Shown in pieces: positions 59,134 to 64,000 of a stretch of 64,000 nucleotides of DNA. The stretch is taken from the IMG/VR virus record IMGVR_UViG_3300022072_000005, one strand, 5' to 3'. The stretch comes from an uncultured virus (IMG/VR IMGVR_UViG_3300022072_000005). Taxonomy: Duplodnaviria; Heunggongvirae; Uroviricota; Caudoviricetes. Position 1 is the first letter of the stretch. Each line of letters starts with the position of its first letter. The position numbers and the translations under genes were made by a program. The notes under the pieces were generated by a model. The model saw only the letters and a program-made list of their open reading frames with translations. It ran no database searches and had not been told where the DNA came from.

Positions 59134-60067
59134 TAATGTAACAATCCTTGGAACAGGTTCATACTTACCAAGCAATGTGGTAACAAATGAAGATTTGTGT
59201 AAACACATCACAACAACACCAGAATGGGTTGAAGATAAATTAGGTATAATTGAACGTAGAATAACAGTAGATGAATCTACAGCCGATTTAGCGTATCAAG
59301 CCGCAATTAGGACTTTAGCCAATTCATTAACCGATAAAGAAGAATTAGATTTAATCATAGTGGTCACATCAAGTCCTGACCAGATATCACCATCAACTGC
59401 ATGTACGTTACATAAGATGTTAGACATTAAGCGAGACGTACCTTCATTTGACATTAATGCTGTATGCGCTGGATTTGTATATGCAATGTCATTCGCATCA
59501 ACATTAATTAGTAGTGGAACTTATAAAAAAATTCTAATTGTTGCAAGCGAAACATATTCCAAACATACAAATGTTCATGATAGAAATTGTGTATTTTTTG
59601 GTGATGGAGCTGGTGGCTTAGTTTTAGGCACATCAAAAAACGGTTGGAACGTTAGTAATATAGCGTCAAATGGAAATGGTTCAGGTATGACAGGATTTAG
59701 AATGCCGTTATCGGACCCGTTTACTATGAAGGGTAAGGAAGTATGGGAACAAGCAATACGTGTGTTACCAGAATCTATTAAACTAGTAATGGAAGAAGCT
59801 GAACTTGAGGTAGATGATATTAAATTATTAGTGCCACATCAACCAAGTATTAATATACTAAAAGTGGTTGCAAAGGAAGTCGGAATGTCGATGGATAACG
59901 TAAAGTTGGTGCAAGATAAATATGGAAATATAGCTGGCGCATCAATACCAATTGCGTTAAATGATGCATTCGAGAATAACGAAATTGAAAAGGGTGATAA
60001 AATTGTATTATCGGCTGTAGGTTCTGGATGGGCTTGGGGTTCGATGGTAATAAATTACGAAGATTAA
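59123..60067 (+). CDS. fabH: 3-oxoacyl-ACP synthase III (FabH family)
   Basis: GTGSYLP, GIIERR, DINAVCAGF (Cys), FGDGAG, VPHQ (His), YGN..GASIP (Asn). Confidence 0.92.
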   Translation: MRNDNVTILGTGSYLPSNVVTNEDLCKHITTTPEWVEDKLGIIERRITVDESTADLAYQAAIRTLANSLTDKEELDLIIVVTSSPDQISPSTACTLHKMLDIKRDVPSFDINAVCAGFVYAMSFASTLISSGTYKKILIVASETYSKHTNVHDRNCVFFGDGAGGLVLGTSKNGWNVSNIASNGNGSGMTGFRMPLSDPFTMKGKEVWEQAIRVLPESIKLVMEEAELEVDDIKLLVPHQPSINILKVVAKEVGMSMDNVKLVQDKYGNIAGASIPIALNDAFENNEIEKGDKIVLSAVGSGWAWGSMVINYED

Positions 60068-60068
60068 T

Positions 60069-60725
60069 ATGAAAACAATTGCAGTATTTGGTGGAACTGG
60101 TGGGTTAGGTAAAAAACTAGTCCCTTTATTGGCTGAAAAATATCATGTTATACCGTTAGGTAGTTCTGTCGTTGATATTACCAATTTAGAATCAGTTAAG
60201 CAATGGTTTTCTGATGCGGAAAAACATTACAATGTTGATATTGTTTTGAATATGAGTGGTGTTAAATATGATACATTTTTAAGTAAAATCACTTCTGATG
60301 ACGTAGAAGACATTGATAAGATGTTAGATGTTAACATTAAAGGGAATATAAATATGTTAGCCGCATGTTTACCTCATATGATTGAAAGAGGGTATGGAAG
60401 AGTGATTGCGATATCATCTGTTTTTTCTGAAATGAACGTACCTAAGAATTCAATATACTGTGCGTCAAAAGCATTCGTAGATAGATTGATAGGTACCGCC
60501 AATAAAGAAAACGTAAGATTCGGCATTACATGCAATACAATCCAATTAGGTTATTGGGATGGTGGTATGGCATATAGAGTAGATGAGAAGTACGTTCAAA
60601 TGGCTAAAGATAAAGTAGGGTTAAAGAGATTTGGTACCGCTGAAGAATTATATAATACGGTAAATTTCATTGTAGACAATGAATATGTATCTGGAACAAA
60701 TTTAAAAATAGATGGGGGATTATAA
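60069..60725 (+). CDS. short-chain dehydrogenase/reductase (FabG-like)
   Basis: GGTGGLG, ISS, YCASK, G..LKIDGGL. Confidence 0.85.
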   Translation: MKTIAVFGGTGGLGKKLVPLLAEKYHVIPLGSSVVDITNLESVKQWFSDAEKHYNVDIVLNMSGVKYDTFLSKITSDDVEDIDKMLDVNIKGNINMLAACLPHMIERGYGRVIAISSVFSEMNVPKNSIYCASKAFVDRLIGTANKENVRFGITCNTIQLGYWDGGMAYRVDEKYVQMAKDKVGLKRFGTAEELYNTVNFIVDNEYVSGTNLKIDGGL

Positions 60726-61245
60726 GAATTTTAAAAAAGTGGGTGAAGACGTTAGAGTAGATTCGTCAGCTCAAATAGTTAGACCAGAATTAATAGAATT
60801 AGGAAGTCACATTTCAATTGACATGTGTGTGTATTTCTCTACTTCAGCTATACTTGGAGATTATATTCATATAGCCCCACAAGTTAGTATAATTGGTGGT
60901 GGTGATTCAGTATTAATAATGGAAGATTTCAGTGCAATTGCTACTGGTACACGAGTTATATGTGCAAGCGATGACTTCAAAAAAGGTTTCCTGAATCCAT
61001 TTATACCGAGAGAATATAGAAATGTGATTAATGAACCAGTGATATTTAGGAAGTATTCATCTACTGGAGTTAATTCAGTTGTAATGCCAGGTGTTACATT
61101 AGCTGAAGGTTCTGTACTTGGGGCTAATTCATTATTAACAAAAGATACTGAACCATGGGGAATTTATGTTGGTTCGCCAGCGAAAAGAATTGCAACAAGA
61201 GATAAAGAGTTAATTTTAAAAGGAGCTAAAGAGCTTGGGTATTAA
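60712..61245 (+). CDS. left-handed beta-helix (hexapeptide) acyltransferase
   Basis: LGDYIHIAP, GVNSVVMPGVTLAEGSVLGANS, WGIYVGSPAKRI. Confidence 0.88.
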   Translation: MGDYKNFKKVGEDVRVDSSAQIVRPELIELGSHISIDMCVYFSTSAILGDYIHIAPQVSIIGGGDSVLIMEDFSAIATGTRVICASDDFKKGFLNPFIPREYRNVINEPVIFRKYSSTGVNSVVMPGVTLAEGSVLGANSLLTKDTEPWGIYVGSPAKRIATRDKELILKGAKELGY

Positions 61246-61247
61246 TT

Positions 61248-62066
61248 ATGAGTAAATATATAACTAATGAAATTTTCCCACATGGGTTAGGGACTAGAAT
61301 GTTTTTATTGACAAACGCTATTGGTTATTCTATTATCACTAATACTGAATTTGTAATAACACCTTTTTCTCATCAAGCAGTACCAAACGAATTTAGTGAT
61401 AAAAATTCAATGACCAAAAGAGTTGATTACTTATCTGATTGTAAGAGATGGGATTTGATACTAAATTTAGAGAAAAAAAAAATAACCGACATTGAAGATT
61501 TATCTGAGGTGTTATATTTGTCACACCCATCGTCAAATAATGATGTACCACCAATTGAGGGACAGTTTGAATTATATAACAAAATTAGAGGGTTTCGTGA
61601 TGAAATAAAAAAAGATTATTTGGTCATACCAACTAAAGTTACTAGTGACGTTATTAACGTAAGCGTTCATATTAGAAGAGGTGATATAATCAATGATAGA
61701 CATAGATTTATAGGTAATAAGTATTATTTAGATAGTCTTAACATTTTAGAGACGACTTTAAAAGAAAGAGGTATTAAGTATGATATAACTATATACGTAC
61801 AAAAAGAAGGTTTTGTCGCCACAGGTTTTGAAGATTTTAATATTAAATACGATACCGATATCTCTGATAATGAAACGTGGGTTGCTATGGTAAACTCTGA
61901 CATTCTATTAGGGAGTAACAGTGCTTTCAGTACTAGTGTTGGTATGTTGATGGATGGAATTTTCATTCACCCAACTAGTAATAATTTTACCGATATGACC
62001 GATTGGTTATACGGTAACGAGTTAGACAAGAACTCAATTAATAAAAAATTAGGATATGAATCATAA
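61248..62066 (+). CDS. fucosyltransferase-superfamily glycosyltransferase (GT11/GT23-like)
   Basis: GLG.R, VHIRRGD, YY, M..SDIL...S.FS. Confidence 0.7.
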   Translation: MSKYITNEIFPHGLGTRMFLLTNAIGYSIITNTEFVITPFSHQAVPNEFSDKNSMTKRVDYLSDCKRWDLILNLEKKKITDIEDLSEVLYLSHPSSNNDVPPIEGQFELYNKIRGFRDEIKKDYLVIPTKVTSDVINVSVHIRRGDIINDRHRFIGNKYYLDSLNILETTLKERGIKYDITIYVQKEGFVATGFEDFNIKYDTDISDNETWVAMVNSDILLGSNSAFSTSVGMLMDGIFIHPTSNNFTDMTDWLYGNELDKNSINKKLGYES

Positions 62067-62880
62067 ATTAGAATTTGTAAAAATATCTTCAAAACATGAA
62101 GTAGGTGGTGTTGGATTTGCTGGTAATATGTTTATCATATTGAGCACATTATCACTTGTGGGACAGGATGAAAAACTTTATATTGATATGAGTAAAACAG
62201 ATTGTATCTGTACGGAAAAAGGACCGTTGTTACATAACACAAATAATTGTTGGGAATATTACTTTGACCAAGTTAATATTGAAGGTGAAACCACTAACAA
62301 CATGAATAGTTTAGTTATAGGTGGGCTAACATACGAAAATAGAGATATGTATATGTACCCAGAAAATTTCATAGCACTTAAAGAAAAATTTAATTATAAT
62401 TTCCAATTAAAATCTTATATTAAAACATTAATAGATGATTTCTATGACAATAATATTAAAGGTAAAGTAACATTAGGTGTTCAAGTTAGATTAACTGATA
62501 TGAAACACCATCATAATGTATCACCATTGAGTAGTTACGTTATAAAAATAAATGAAATTTTATTAAAACACCCAGAAATAGAACAAATATTTTTAGCCAC
62601 AGATGATAGTTTAGTTATTCCAGAATTAAGAGCTGCGTTAGACGTTCCAATTATTTGTTACGATAATATGTTTAGAGCTGATAAAGCTAATAGACATCAT
62701 GACCCACACGCTAGGTTGCATGATACTAGAAAAAACCATAGATATAAATTAGGTATTGAATGTTTACAAGAAATCCTTACATTAACAAAATGTGATTACT
62801 TATTGAAAGCAGATTTATCGTCAATTTCTATTGTCGCTAGTATTCTAAGTGAAAATATTAAAACCGTATATAAAGTATGA
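62056..62880 (+). CDS. NodZ / GT23-like fucosyltransferase
   Basis: GFAGN, WEYYFDQ, LGVQVRLTD, IFLATDD, L.KCDYL....S. Confidence 0.7.
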   Translation: MNHKLEFVKISSKHEVGGVGFAGNMFIILSTLSLVGQDEKLYIDMSKTDCICTEKGPLLHNTNNCWEYYFDQVNIEGETTNNMNSLVIGGLTYENRDMYMYPENFIALKEKFNYNFQLKSYIKTLIDDFYDNNIKGKVTLGVQVRLTDMKHHHNVSPLSSYVIKINEILLKHPEIEQIFLATDDSLVIPELRAALDVPIICYDNMFRADKANRHHDPHARLHDTRKNHRYKLGIECLQEILTLTKCDYLLKADLSSISIVASILSENIKTVYKV

Positions 62881-63563
62881 TTTATATAATTGGAGATAGT
62901 CATGTATCAGTATTTTCTGGAACCGATAAAGGGTTGAATGGGTTAAGACACATTCAACCAGAATTTGGCACTTGTTATACTTTAAGTGGTGGTTCGTTAA
63001 GACCACACAATGTATTCGAACAGAGAATACCGTATTTTTGTCCAATTAAAATTGGTTCAAATACGGCTTATAATTCATTCGATAAATTACCAGTAATTGA
63101 ACAGGTAATTGAAGAATATGAGATATCAGAAAAAGATTATATATTCTTATGTTTTGGTGAAATAGATATTAGAAACCATATTGGGTTTAATGCTGAAGCT
63201 GAAGATATATTAATAACTGAAGGGATATATAGGTGTGTTGATAGATATATGAAAACCGTAGATTATCTAAATGATAAATACTCTAATGTTGGAGTATATG
63301 GTTCACCACCATCATCACGTAAAGGTGATAGCCCAGTTAAAGAATATAAAGATGAAATTTTTAGAAATGTTATGACAAAGGAATTTAATAAACACCTTAA
63401 ATATAACTGTAATAAGAATGATATTATATTTAAAGATATTTCAGAAAAATTAATGTTAGAAAATGGTAGGACTGACCCTAAATTTATTATGGATGATATC
63501 CATTTATCACAAGAGGTAATGCCGTTTTTAAAAGAAGAATTTAAAGATTTAATAGATGAATGA
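62877..63563 (+). CDS. SGNH/GDSL-fold esterase or acyltransferase-like protein
   Basis: IIGDSH, FGEIDIR.H, DDIHL. Confidence 0.65.
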   Translation: MIYIIGDSHVSVFSGTDKGLNGLRHIQPEFGTCYTLSGGSLRPHNVFEQRIPYFCPIKIGSNTAYNSFDKLPVIEQVIEEYEISEKDYIFLCFGEIDIRNHIGFNAEAEDILITEGIYRCVDRYMKTVDYLNDKYSNVGVYGSPPSSRKGDSPVKEYKDEIFRNVMTKEFNKHLKYNCNKNDIIFKDISEKLMLENGRTDPKFIMDDIHLSQEVMPFLKEEFKDLIDE

Positions 63564-64000
63564 TAGGGTGGAAATAAATATGATAGGTGGTGGGTTTCAA
63601 CATAGTCCGTCTACATCTGGTTACGAACCATTATATGTAAAATGGGTCAAGGGTAGCCATACAGCACCAATATCTATGCACATCGACTTTCTAATTAAAA
63701 CACCACCAAATCCAAATACAATAAATTATGGTTGGTTATCTGAATCTAAAGACATCAACACTGGGTTATATGAGTGGTGTGCTAATAACTTAGATTTCTT
63801 AAAGAAACATTATAAGTTAGTATTCACACATGACGTTAGTTTAACCGAACTATCTAACATCTTTGCGTTACAAGTTAGTGGTAAATCATTTATCGCTGAA
63901 AGTGATGGGTTGGTGTACCCTAAGACTAAATTGGTTTCCATGATTGCGTCTAATAAAAAGATGTGCCCAGCTCATATTTATAGGCATGAAATGATTGCTA
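63556..64000 (+). CDS. GT10-like fucosyltransferase (partial, runs off right edge)
   Basis: Not in the ORF track. MNDRVEINMIGGGFQH...GWLSES...VFTHD...KTKLVSMIASNKKMCPAH.YR resembles the N-terminal half of phage GT10-type proteins. Confidence 0.55.
   Translation, partial: MNDRVEINMIGGGFQHSPSTSGYEPLYVKWVKGSHTAPISMHIDFLIKTPPNPNTINYGWLSESKDINTGLYEWCANNLDFLKKHYKLVFTHDVSLTELSNIFALQVSGKSFIAESDGLVYPKTKLVSMIASNKKMCPAHIYRHEMIA

Noticed and set aside
3117..63045. Many short ORFs in the track lying inside larger genes (e.g. 3117, 10581, 12028, 13245, 13765, 22972, 27123, 36707, 48949, 61724)
   Set aside because: Antisense or alternate-frame shadows of well-supported genes, with no motifs or start context.
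1..64000. Stop-codon reassignment
   Set aside because: Long genes are intact under the standard code, and both TAG and TGA end genes at sensible places, TGA often in ATGA overlaps.
1..64000. tRNA/rRNA genes, integrase or transposase
   Set aside because: None recognised; intergenic spaces are short and no cloverleaf was seen by eye.

Overview
An AT-rich segment of a large contractile-tailed (myovirus-type, distantly T4-like, probably jumbo) bacteriophage genome that uses the standard genetic code. The host is most likely Bacteroidota, judged from TTG-N19/20-TAnnTTTG-like promoters, A-rich starts without Shine-Dalgarno sequences, and GNVGIGT fibre repeats. Positions 1-20111 (minus strand) hold tail and neck morphogenesis genes: tape measure, gp26-like chaperone with a likely frameshift extension, tube, sheath, accessory structural genes, two tail-completion paralogues and a head-closure protein. 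Positions 20238-26470 (plus) are a replication island with SNF2 helicase, glutaredoxin and family B polymerase. Positions 26506-49655 (minus) hold a neck protein, CAP lipoprotein, LamG-like protein, aspartic protease, GT32 glycosyltransferase and a fibre family including a 3849-aa repeat protein. Positions 49716-52385 (plus) are late genes, including a WYL-like protein. Positions 52469-64000 (plus) hold an HD-like protein, dUTPase and a long glycan cluster (GT4, GT2, GT11, GT23-like, GT10-like) with an embedded FabH/SDR/hexapeptide acyltransferase module. The best leads are: (1) the acyl-sugar and glycosylation system; (2) the modular HTH-rich fibre family with DNA-level mosaicism between genes; (3) a +1/-2 frameshift at the tail chaperone; (4) a TATTTAT late-promoter motif; (5) an unannotated RHH regulator with operator-like repeats facing the sheath gene; (6) proteins sharing a capsid-targeting-like leader. 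All family assignments come from motif recognition by eye, not database searches.
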